A stretch of DNA of 64,000 nt from Podarcis liolepis (taxonomy: Eukaryota), in the NCBI GenBank assembly GCA_965112155.1, contig OZ218109.1; one strand, given 5' to 3'. The notes below the pieces were generated by a model. The model saw only the letters and a list, made by a program, of their open reading frames with translations. It had not been told where the DNA came from and did not search any database. A program made the position numbers and the translations under genes. Of this stretch, positions 21,801 to 31,570 are shown in pieces. Each line of letters opens with the position of its first letter. Within the stretch, counting starts at the first letter, position 1.

Positions 21801-24800
21801 ATATTACACTTAGCTCCTTCCACAGCCAAAGTAATAAATCTGGCACACACCCGTTTTCGTTATGCTTTTATCTATATTTTCAAACATTTGTTTTAATTTA
21901 ATAACAAGTATAATTCTAAAATGCTCAGTGTTTTTTAATGAGACCAATAACTGGTCTTCAATTCAGGGTGCCATTTTCTATCTCCGTGGTAGATCACCAC
22001 ATTTCTTTTTCAAGACAGAGTTGGCTAGCTTTGTTGGACTTGCTTCTTGTTTGTCTTACTGAATCAGCAACATTTTTAATTTGTTTTTCATCGGTGGCTG
22101 CAATTCTTCATGTTTCTGGTTAATTTGGATTTCTTCTCCCTAAACTGCTGGTTTCATTTTAAGGAGCACCTTCCATCCAGTTCCTAGAATCTCCTGTAAC
22201 CAACATGGATCATCCCTTCCTAAAAGCATTGCAGGGACCTTCGAGTTCCACGCAAGGACGTCCCCAGTTAACAGATGGTAATGGAATTACTTTTCTTTCT
22301 TTAAGTAGTCAATGTGTTGCCTGATTAAATACACCGTGAGCAGCTGAATAAATGCTGCCTTTCCAGATATGTGACCTAGCATCAGCGATGGTGTAATGGT
22401 TGCAGCCTTTAGGGGATTTAAGTTTAGCACACATTTAAAATGTGTTTGCTCTTGGGACGGTTCAGCAATTAGGAGGTTGGAGTGCCTAGTTAAGGAAAGG
22501 TACTCTATACAAGGTTGGCCTACCTATGAGGCTCAGTGAGGCAATCACCTGGGAGTGGGTACATGTGGAAGATCTGAGCCTCTGAGGAATGCATTGCTAG
22601 CTGCCTCCTGCGCTTGTCACCTGATTTCTCTGTCACCCCACCAGGGGCGTAGCTAGCTGCTCCAGCACCCAGAGTGGTGGGGGCGGGGTGAGCCGTCCAC
22701 GGGGGCGCCGCAGTGATCTGCGCTCCGCCCAGGGGGGGGGGGGCGCCGCAACAATCCGCCCAGAGGGGTGCCGCGGCAAGCTGCCCTCGGAGTACGCCTG
22801 GCGGATGCGAGCCCCACGCTGCCGTTTCAGGCGGTGCGGGGCCCCTGAGCCCCACCACTGCTTGTTCTTCTCCAGCCTCCATCACAGTGGTACCTCGGGT
22901 TAAGCCAGTGTGGTGTAGTCGTTAAGAGCGGTAGACTCGTAATCTGGGGAACCAGGTTCGTGTCTCCATTCCTCCTCCACATGCAGCTGCTGGGTGACCT
23001 TGGGCTAGTCACACTTCTCTGAAGTCTCTCAGCCTCACTCACCTCACAGAGTGTTTGTTGTGGGGGAGAAAGGGAAAAGGAGAATGTTAGCCACTTTGAG
23101 ACTCCTTCAGGTAGTGATAAAGTGGGGTATCAAATCCAAACTCCTCTTCTTCTTCTTAAGAACTTAATTCGTTCTGGAGGTCCGTTCTTAACCTGAAACT
23201 ATTCTTAACCTGAGGTACTACTTTAGCTAATGGGGCCTCCTGCTGCCGCCGCACCGCCGGAGCACGATTTCTGTTCTCACCCTGAAGCAAAGTTCTTAAC
23301 CCAAGGTACTATTTCTGGGTTAGCGGAGTCTGTAACCTGAAGCGTCTGTAACCTGAGGTACCACTGTATTCTCCCCTGCCACCTTCAGCATGCCAAGGTT
23401 TCCCAGGGCTGCCTCCGGTTGCCTCAGGCGGAAGAGATTATGGGGAGGGCGGTGGCAGTGGAAGGGGCGGCACCATTTTCTGTTTTGCCTCAAGTGGTAG
23501 AACATTCTGGGCCAACCCAAACTGCATTAGTCATTTTGTGCAAATTTAACAGAAAAAGAAAACTCAAGTCACTCTAGGCAGAGCGTAATGAAGACTTGGT
23601 AGGGTACTCTGGCAGAGAGCAAGGGGGTGTATGTGATCTTCTGAGGACTGGGAAGTACATAATACAGTTCCTGTGTTCTGACAACTAGAATAAGCTTCCT
23701 TCCAGGATTCCCTGTACAGTTGGAGTCCAGGGAGTTAATGGAAGAGGAGAGGGAGATGACAGAGGGTCTGAGAGAAACTACTATGTCCAGTAGGGATGTG
23801 GGTGGTGCTGTAGTCTAAACCACTGAGCCTCTTGGGCTTGCCGATCAGAAGGTCAGCAGTTTGAATCTGCTCAATGGGGTGAGCTGCCATTACTCTGTCC
23901 CAACTCCTGCCAACCTAGCAGTTCAAAAGCACACCAGTGCAAGTAGATAAATAGGTATCGCTGCAGCGGGAAGGTAAACGGTGTTTCCGTGTGCTCTGGC
24001 TTCCGTCACAGTGTCCTGTTGTGCCAGAAGTGGTTTAGTCATGGTGGCCACATGACCCAGATAGCTGTCTGTGGACAAACGCCGGCTCCCTCGGCCTGAG
24101 AGATGAGCGCCGCAACCCCATAGCTGCCTTTGACTGAACTTAACCGTCCAGGGGGGTCCTTTACCTTTACCTTTTTTACCTTACCATGTTTGGTGTTAAA
24201 CTTGGGATACATTTTATCATGGATGCTGTTCCTATAAATAGGCGTTTGAGGTGGGCTGATGCATTTGCTAGTATGTTTTGGTTTGATGTACTAAGGATTG
24301 AACAATGAGGGCAAGTCAAAAGCAGGAGTGAACCTTATTTACACATATTCTCTTGTCAAACAAGCTGATTCAAGATGGTAGTTATCTTTTCAATTTCATG
24401 TGCTGGAAAGTGTGATTACAGGAGAGATTAGAGGTGCTAAGCATGTTTATTTGGTTGTAAGTTCAATTGATTTCAGTGAGCCTTGCTTTCCAGTAAGTAT
24501 GTTACGAAATTCTAATGAAATGAATTTTTAATACATTCTGATCTGAGAAGCTCTGGAACAAGAGATGATATCCACTTGAGCCATACTCAACAGAGAAGAC
24601 CCCTTGATCTACTTGAGTATGACTAACATTTGATATTGCCCTGATACAATTCTAGAATTTATCTAATTAAAAGTATGTTGCTTTTAAGGAGGTGCAAGTA
24701 CAGCAATGCAAGTTGCCTCTTTAAGAAGACCTGACGAAGATGACATGGCTTATTTTGAAAGACAGTATCAGGAACGGGTAAGCCATTGCATACGTAGTTT

Positions 24801-26008
24801 AAAGCAAAAGCATTTCTTTAAAGCTGAAGATAATTTGCTTTTGCTGAATGTGAGACATTTTTAATTTCTATATAACTTTGTTAAAATACTTTAGGGCATT
24901 ATATTGGTATCTCAGAATCAAATGTGGTTGTAGAGAAGGAAATATCAGGTTTCTCATAATTTATTAAGTGATAGAAATTTAAGCAGATAAACACCACGAA
25001 CTGGTCAAATGGATTTACCGAGAGCAATGATTTCCTGTGGTAAGTTTGCTTAGTATTGGCTTGCGGTGACGCAGAGGTGGGCTTTTTCCCTGGTGGCTCT
25101 GGTATTGTGGCATAATTTCCCTGTTGAAATATGAGAGGCCTCCTCTGTCTTGGCCTTCCACCAGCTTTTGAAGACATACCTGCTTACCCAAGCATTCACT
25201 TGATCTCTTGGCCAGAGCCTGTTGTTTTAATTGCTGTGCTGTTTTAAGGGAATTGTTTTATTGTATATTTTAATTATGGTGTCTTTTTTTAAATAGTCTG
25301 CATTTCTAACAATGTTGTGCAGTTATGCTTTCATGTTTTGTAAACCATCTGGGCATTAAGTAGCAAATGAATAAATTAATAATAGCAATAATGATTATTT
25401 TTTCCTTGTGCTCCCACCATCTCCTATTGCAGTCTCAACATTACAGTGGACCCGTGGGTTACATTACCTTTGGGTAATGTAACTTTTGGGTTTTGCCACA
25501 CACACGCAGAAGCACTCTACTGCGCCACGTGCATGTGCAGAAATGGCGCCTCTAGATGCGGACTTTTTGGGGTACGTACGGACCCCCAGAACAAATTAAG
25601 TTCGTATCTGGTGGGTCTACTGTACTCTGATCTTGGTTTTGCTTTGTAGTGGCCATCCACTTCAACTGTGAAAAGAAGTGGTGAAAAGAAGGAAGAAACC
25701 AGAAAGTATATAGCACACCAGAGTGGCTCACAGTGAGAAACGGCATTAATGCTAATAGGGTAGAAAAGTGGCTGGACTTAGGTTGGCTGCAGCTAAGTAC
25801 AGGCAATGTGAAATTTGGCAGGAAAATGAGCGTAGCTCACTCCTTGAAGCTGCGTTGTTTTATAATTGGCTAGGTCTTTAAGTCAAAAGAGGTTATTTTA
25901 TAAGTGAATGTATTTTAATGTTTTCTTTTTTCTTTTTCATCACAGTTGAAGCAAGAAAAGGCTGCTGCAAAACAGAAAGGAAAGCATCCAGTGACAAAAA
26001 ATTCATGA
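16566..26008 (+). CDS. FAM221A: Protein FAM221A, 300 aa; join(16566..16630,17538..17711,19049..19239,20097..20303,22164..22277,24689..24777,25946..26008)
   Basis: MERLTLQPGAAAAIDEYLEYKR|IVGEDDGGKLFTPEEYE...CFCTHR|YKQHKTD...CRCKHFADQH...|CSKCSGFHSCFTCGCGQP...GYMRLDDSGIG|...LRRPDEDDMAYFERQYQER|LKQEK. All introns GT-AG, phases consistent, 903 nt. Confidence 0.95.
17538..17711 (+). CDS. FAM221A: FAM221A exon 2
   Basis: IVGEDDGGKLF...PCFCTHR, AG/GT bounded. Confidence 0.93.
18826..18875. repeat. (AAT)n microsatellite
   Basis: Directly visible. Confidence 0.93.
19049..19239 (+). CDS. FAM221A: FAM221A exon 3
   Basis: YKQHKTDFEEIPKERP...CRCKHFADQHSAAPGFPCNT. Confidence 0.93.
19748..19993 (-). mobile_element. 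tRNA-derived CORE SINE (Squam3-like)
   Basis: Pol III A and B boxes (TGGTGTAGTGG, GGTTCG), CORE GCTGGGTGACCTTGGGCTAGTCAC, (TCT)n tail. Confidence 0.85.
20097..20303 (+). CDS. FAM221A: FAM221A exon 4
   Basis: SKCSGFHSCFTCGCGQP...YMRLDDSGI. Confidence 0.93.
21012..21334. mobile_element. hAT (Charlie-like) MITE with internal ~60-bp duplication
   Basis: Ends CATGGGTAGGCAAACT / AGTTTGCTGACCCCTG; near-perfect TSD ATTTT(T)AT; duplicated CATGAGTAGAATG...GGGTTATTTGTGGGG. Confidence 0.8.
22164..22277 (+). CDS. FAM221A: FAM221A exon 5
   Basis: APSIQFLESPVTNMDHPFLKAL...LTD. Confidence 0.88.
22885..23366. mobile_element. Tc1/pogo MITE family A (reversed), interrupted by a SINE
   Basis: CAGTGGTACCTCGGGTTAAG at 22885 resumes as AACTTAATTCGTTC at 23161 and ends GAGGTACCACTG-TA. 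Confidence 0.85.
22905..23155 (+). mobile_element. Squam3-like CORE SINE nested in the MITE
   Basis: Homologous to 19748-19993; TTAAG duplicated on both sides. Confidence 0.87.
23793..24185 (+). mobile_element. Sauria SINE, full length
   Basis: GGGATGTGGGTGGTGCTGT head through (ACCTTT)n tail. Confidence 0.9.
24689..24777 (+). CDS. FAM221A: FAM221A exon 6
   Basis: GASTAMQVASLRRPDEDDMAYFERQYQER. Confidence 0.9.
25444..25622. mobile_element. Tc1/pogo MITE, family C
   Basis: TA-CAGTGGACCC...GGGTCTACTG-TA; reverse homolog at 59651-59890. Confidence 0.78.
25946..26008 (+). CDS. FAM221A: FAM221A exon 7 (last coding exon)
   Basis: LKQEKAAAKQKGKHPVTKNS*, strong pyrimidine tract upstream. Confidence 0.88.
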   Translation: MKQEKAAAKQKGKHPVTKNS

Positions 26009-26013
26009 TAACC

Positions 26014-26019
26014 AATAAA
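26014..26019 (+). terminator. Candidate FAM221A polyadenylation signal AATAAA (a second one at 26382-26387)
   Basis: Hexamer 5 nt after the stop codon, followed by U-rich sequence. Confidence 0.5.
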
Positions 26020-27028
26020 ACAAAAGAATACATTTTTTATTCATAGTGATTTATTAGTGTTTAGATACGTTTTCTTTAATGAATTCAGTATGTGAAGATT
26101 TTTCTATAAGATAATATGTGGTAGTACATCTATTTCTTTCTAGGCATGGAAGCAAATATAATGTCATCCAGCTAGATAGAATATGCCAAGGACAATGGTT
26201 TTTTCACTCACATGTTAAGTATCAGCAAAACATGTCTGAATACAGAGATCAAATAATAAAATTATATCCCTGTTCTTTTAGCTGTTTGGAGCTTCTTTTC
26301 TTCTACAAAAATTTACACCAGTCAAAGGGTGATTTGTTTTATTTCCTTCAAAGTTTTAAAATGTGATCATTATCTATTTCTAATAAAAATATCAAGCTAC
26401 CAGTGATAAAAACTCTGGATTTGAAAGGACAGCATGGGGCCAAAATACTCATAAAATTAGACTGTTAAGGTTATGATTTTCATCCTATGAAAGGAATTAA
26501 CATTAACAATACAGTGAACAATAAGCAATCTATCTGTATACTTTATTGAGCAAAACAGAATGAGATAATACTAGGAAGTGAGCTTGTTTGATAGCCACCT
26601 GCTGATACTTACAGGTTTATGACCAGTAGTTCCATTAGAGGCTGAAGAAAACTAATCAGGTTTAACATGAAGCTATACAGCAGAAATGTTGGCATACCAG
26701 ATATGTGGAGCCGAATTGTACACGTTTAATTTACTTGAAACAAGTCCTACTTGGTTCAATTAAACTTATAACTAACAGCACAATCCTTAACTACGTCTAC
26801 TTAGAAGCATTCTTATTGCTGTTAGTATTATTTCAATTTGAATTCCCATTGGATTCAAGGTAAATGGAATTAGGCTTGCAGCCCAACTTCTTTTAAAACA
26901 ACAGCCTCACAGTGTGATCCTAAACTGTTTATTTCAGAAGTAAATCCTATTGAGTGTGTTCACACTTGCCTCCTAGTAAGGGTGCTTAGGGGTACACTGT
27001 TAGAAGCACTTCAATGAATTTGTTAACA

Positions 27029-27264
27029 CAGTGGTACCTCGGTTCTTGAACTCAATGTGTTCTGGAAGTCTGTTTGACTTCCAAAACATTCGGAAACCAA
27101 GGCACAGCTTCTGATTGGCTGATTGGCCCTGGAAACAATGCCAACAGCCAAAATGAGCGTTTGGCTTCTGAAAAATATTCACAAACTGGAACACTTCTGG
27201 GTTTGCGGTGTTCGGGAGCTAATTTGTTTGTCAACTAAGCCGTTTGGGAACCAAGGTACCACTG
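27029..27264. mobile_element. Tc1/pogo MITE, family B
   Basis: CAGTGGTACCTCGGTTC / GAACCAAGGTACCACTG-TA. Confidence 0.8.
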
Positions 27265-28729
27265 TATAGTACAGTCATTATCAATCAGTGCACTTCATAA
27301 AGTACATTTTATCTTCTCTTTTACTCTGTAGCGCAGAAGTCTTTTTAAGACAGGGCCACATGCAAGTGGTGAGTGGGAACCGAAGGTAAAAGTGGGTAGA
27401 GCAACAAATGTACATTTTACCTTTGTCCAGACTAGTTTTTACGCTCACCCACATTCCTGTCCTCCATCCACACAAGCAAGAGGCATTTTTCAGAGTTGAA
27501 GGACACATTCCAGCCAGGCAAAAAACACTGGGTACAAAATCGTGAGGGATGTGGCCAGAGGCAGACTTTGGTATTTCAAATTTCAGCAGTGGTCTGTGCA
27601 AGACCAAAAATCAGTACCTCCTATATCTCGCTTTCCGTTCTTCCCAATTCAGCCGAACATAGTTGCAACACCCCTAGGCTCAGTGTAGAAAAAGAAGACC
27701 ACATTTGGCCCCCAGGTCTGAGGATCTCAACCCTCGCACTATACATCAGATATGGACATCCTATGCCTGCCAGACGTTGAGACTACAACTCCCACAATCT
27801 TACACCATTGGCCATACTGGCTGGGGTTGATGGTAGTTGGAGTCTTAACAACAAACAATGGGCTCAAAGTACTCCAGTTCTGCTACAGATCCTTTTGACG
27901 TGTGTGTGGGGGGGGAATGTCCTGTGGAACAGCAAATACATGGCCCAACCAAGTGTTAGGCTTTGATTATTTCAGAAGCTTTTGTTCAGAGAGAAACTAC
28001 ACAGTCCATGCATACTGGATGGGAAGAAAGGAGGGTTTTGCTACTTGCCCTTTCAAGGAAGGCAAGTCACGTTATGAGGAAAACCGCTTGAAAAGAACAA
28101 GTGAACAGCTTCAAGGCGACCTCCCAGTAAACAGGCATAAGAAAGATCGGGTTGCAAACCCCTTTAGATTCTGCAAGCACATAGTTCAATTGCATGTCTC
28201 CCTAAAGACGCCGTGTACTGATCGTCCTGTGTTTCAGCTTTGATGGTGCGCCTGCAATCTTTCCACTCACCGTAGAGATCCTTCGCCTTCAGGTGTCAGA
28301 TATCTGCCAATGCCTCCGGTTTGAGGGGGTGGTCGCGCTTGGCAGCTCCTCCCCGGGTCCTCCACACAACCCTTTCCATAGCGCCCAGCCGCAGATACAA
28401 ATAGGAGCAAGTTAGGTTTCAGGTTGACCCACCCTGGAATTTGTTTGAAAGACGGGATAGCATCGCTGTTTGAAATCAAATATTGATTCAAGTGGCTTGT
28501 CCACGCTTAACTCGGTATAGGGATCCGGCTCTCAAGGGGTAACTAAGAAAGTCTAAAAAAATGCATTTCTGAATTCGCACGTTTAGGAATTCAACATTTA
28601 TTGCACCAACCATGCTCCCCCCCGCCCAGCAACTTAAGTGTTATTTATTAAATTTATATATACCGCCTTTCATTCTTGGAACTCAGGGCGGTTCACAACA
28701 TAAAATAAAGTCGCTTAAGTGCTTAGGAT

Positions 28730-29220
28730 CGCAGCTAGATCATACGCGTGTTTGTTTCTCCAAAGTCTCTGCGTTCAATACTGCTGCTTTCCCTGCGCAG
28801 GAGTAAGTCCCATTGAAATCAGCGGGGGTTCAATGCCGTCCAGTAGCACCGTCGAGCGCCCTGGGACTTTTAAATTATTATTACTATTTCTTTTGCGTCT
28901 CAACGCGCCTGTGCGTCAACAGGAGGCGCAGCGGGGCCTATGAAAGCGCGCAAGTCTTACGAAGTCCGCGCTGTTCCATCCTCCCAACCACCGTCGGCAG
29001 CCGCGTGGCTTGCAAAGGGCGCAAGTTCGCGCTTGCTGGTGCCTTGCGGAGAGAGGGGGGTGTCTTTCGGTGACTTTCCCGCCGACTCCGCTTCTCGTTC
29101 AAGGTTCTGTGCCATTCATAAGCATTGGTGCGTTCCTGGACGGACAGAGAGAGCAAGAGGAGGAGGCGCCTGAGGGCGACGCGTAAGTGGCGTCGAGCCT
29201 TAGCAAAATGGCGGGGCGTC
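28730..29220 (+). promoter_or_regulatory. STK31: STK31 CpG-island promoter and non-coding exon 1 (3' end 29182)
   Basis: CpG-rich; E2F site TTTCCCGCC at 29075-29083; donor GC|GTAAGT at 29182/29183; YY1-type AAAATGGCGG at 29205-29214. Confidence 0.7.
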
Positions 29221-30599
29221 TTCTTTCAAGGGCCAGATTATGGAAAGGCTTCATCTGAGGGAAAAACAGGCCTGTTACCGCTTTCCTTTGAATCTTAAAT
29301 ATGTGAGGGGTGGGTGGGTGTGTTTTGAGGCAGGTGGACGGCAGGTTTTTTGCATTTATATAGCGCTTTACACGCCCCCCCCGTACTTTTATCTCTGCAA
29401 ACCTGACGGCTCTCCTGAAAGAGAGGCCAGCCAATATTAACATCCTCGGGTTTCAGGGGCGGGGTGGGGGGAGAGACTAAAAGCCTTTTGTAGTGTCTTC
29501 ACCCATGTGGTAAAACTTTGGTGTGGAGGAGACCTGACAGCTCACATTTTTACACATACTGTCCTTGCTGTATGTTGTAGGTTTAGGAATAGATTTAGGA
29601 CATAGAAATTAATAAAATTCTAGGATTATTATTTGGGGTGGGAAGGGAGAAATACAAGATGCAAAGGAATTATTGGGTCGTCGTCTCCTTGTTCTTTAGC
29701 ATCACTCATAGCAGAGTAAGATTGTCTTCCATAAACACAGTTTTAACAATGAGTCCGTAAGTGACTGTGGAGGCCAATTCTGGATCCACACGCCCTTCCA
29801 CAGTGGGGACATTGGTTTGCGGGTGGGAGTTGAGCACGGTGTGGATTTGCCAAGCATGCCTTCCTCTTAGCATGTTTCTCCCTTGTGTCCTGAGTTCAAG
29901 TGTCTTCAAAGCCCATGACACCTTTGGTAAAGGGTGTTCTCCAGTTGGAGTGCTTGCAGGCCTGTGTTTCCCAGTTGTCAGTGTTTATACTACATTTTTA
30001 AAGATTTGCCTTGAGACAGTCTTTAAACCTCATTTGTTGACCACCAGCATTATGTTTTCCATTTTTAAGTTCGGAATAGAGTGGCCAAGTTAAGGCCATT
30101 AAGGGAAGAATAGAGAGCCATTAAGGGTCGTTAACAAGACAAGGGCCCTAGGTATGACCAGAGACTGGGGATTTGGAAGATTGCCCTGGTAACTGCTCTG
30201 GGGAAGGGCAAGGGGATTCTGGGAAGAAGAAGGGGGAGGGGAAGGCTGGGATACATCTTTGAGGGAAGCCGCCTCTGGAAATGTGCGTGCTGAAGGTGCA
30301 AATAGGCCCTATCTAGGGTTGCCATATTTCAAAAAAATTGAAAATCCAGACCACGAAAGTTGTTGAGCTGCTTTATTGGGGTGGGGGCGCAAAGTTGTTG
30401 AGCTCAATCAGGAAAGAGATATTTGGTTCATGGTAGATAATCCATTGAAAGTGTCAATGCCGTCTGCTGGCAGCTGCAAAGAATACAAATTCCATGCTAG
30501 GGATTATTGGGAAATTCCATGGTAGGGATTATTCGCTGAAAATAGAACTGGCTGTATTGAAATACCCTATATATGTCCTTGACTGGAATATTGTGTACA

Positions 30600-30960
30600 G
30601 TTGCCATATACCGAAAGGATATTGTAAGGCTGGAAAATGGCAACCAAATTTATGGTGGGATTGGAACACCTTGCCTATGAGGAAAGGCTAAAGCAGCTGG
30701 CACTTTTTAGTTTAGAAGGTAGGTGTGTAAGGTGGGACATGATGTGAGGCTTGTAACGTTATGTACGGTGTGGAGAAAGTTGGTAGAACATAAGAAGCTT
30801 GCTGGATCAGGCCGAAGGTTCGTTTAGTCCAGCATCGCATCTCACAGTGACTGATCAGATGCCTATGGGAAGCCTTCTAGGCAGGACTTGAGTGTAATGC
30901 TTCTACTTATATAGCCACAATGGTTAGTAGCCATTGGTAGCTTTATTCTTCATTCTTGAA
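30600..30960. mobile_element. Decayed CR1 LINE pieces (plus-strand ORF2 fragment then inverted 3' end)
   Basis: Translation LEHLAYEERLKQLALFSLE, a CR1 hallmark, at ~30661; followed by an inverted CR1 3' UTR. Confidence 0.72.
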
Positions 30961-31116
30961 AAATCTCCCACATAGATTTGTGTTCTGATGTAAGACGTGC
31001 ATTTTTAAGGCTCTGGAAATGTGCTGAAGTTGGGTAATGGGGATTGCTGAAAGTAGTGGGAGGAAGAGAAGGATGTAAAAACTCCATACTATAGTCTTTA
31101 TAAGTTACTTCTAGCT

Positions 31117-31239
31117 TAAGGTTACCAGATTTTTTTCAATGAATCCGGGGACACTTTTCAACATCAATGGATTTTGTATGGGGACTGATTTGTAAATCCG
31201 GGGACTGTTCCCGGGAAATGGGGATGTCTGGTAACCTTA
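31117..31239. mobile_element. hAT (Blackjack-like) MITE, 123 bp
   Basis: Perfect 13-bp TIR TAAGGTTACCAGA and perfect 8-bp TSD TTCTAGCT. Confidence 0.92.
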
Positions 31240-31570
31240 TTCTAGCTGTTTTCTATAGGTTCTGCTGTGGCCATGGGGAAACCTGCCCCCCCCCCAGGTC
31301 AGGCCAGGTAGCACCAGAATCTCTTCATCCCCAGGTAGGCAGTTGGACTGTCTGTGACACCTAGATCTTCCTGGAGGCAATCGCATGGTATCTGATGAAC
31401 ATCCTGGGGAAGGAGGAGGAGACGAAACAGTGACGTAAAATTTACACTTCAGAGTCTATAGGGGTACTAAGCTGTATATCTCATGTTTAATCAACATGGC
31501 ACTCCGCTTTGGACTATCGTTACATAAACATTTTTCTCATGGATCATGTCTTGTTTTAGGTTCTGCTGAT

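Noticed and set aside
22905-22975. tRNA gene
   Set aside because: The A and B boxes belong to a SINE head that continues into CORE and tail sequence; the same applies to the Sauria SINE heads.
31386-31440. TGGTATCTGATGA...GACGAAAC as another hammerhead
   Set aside because: No closing stem I (no ATACCA) and no proper stem II.
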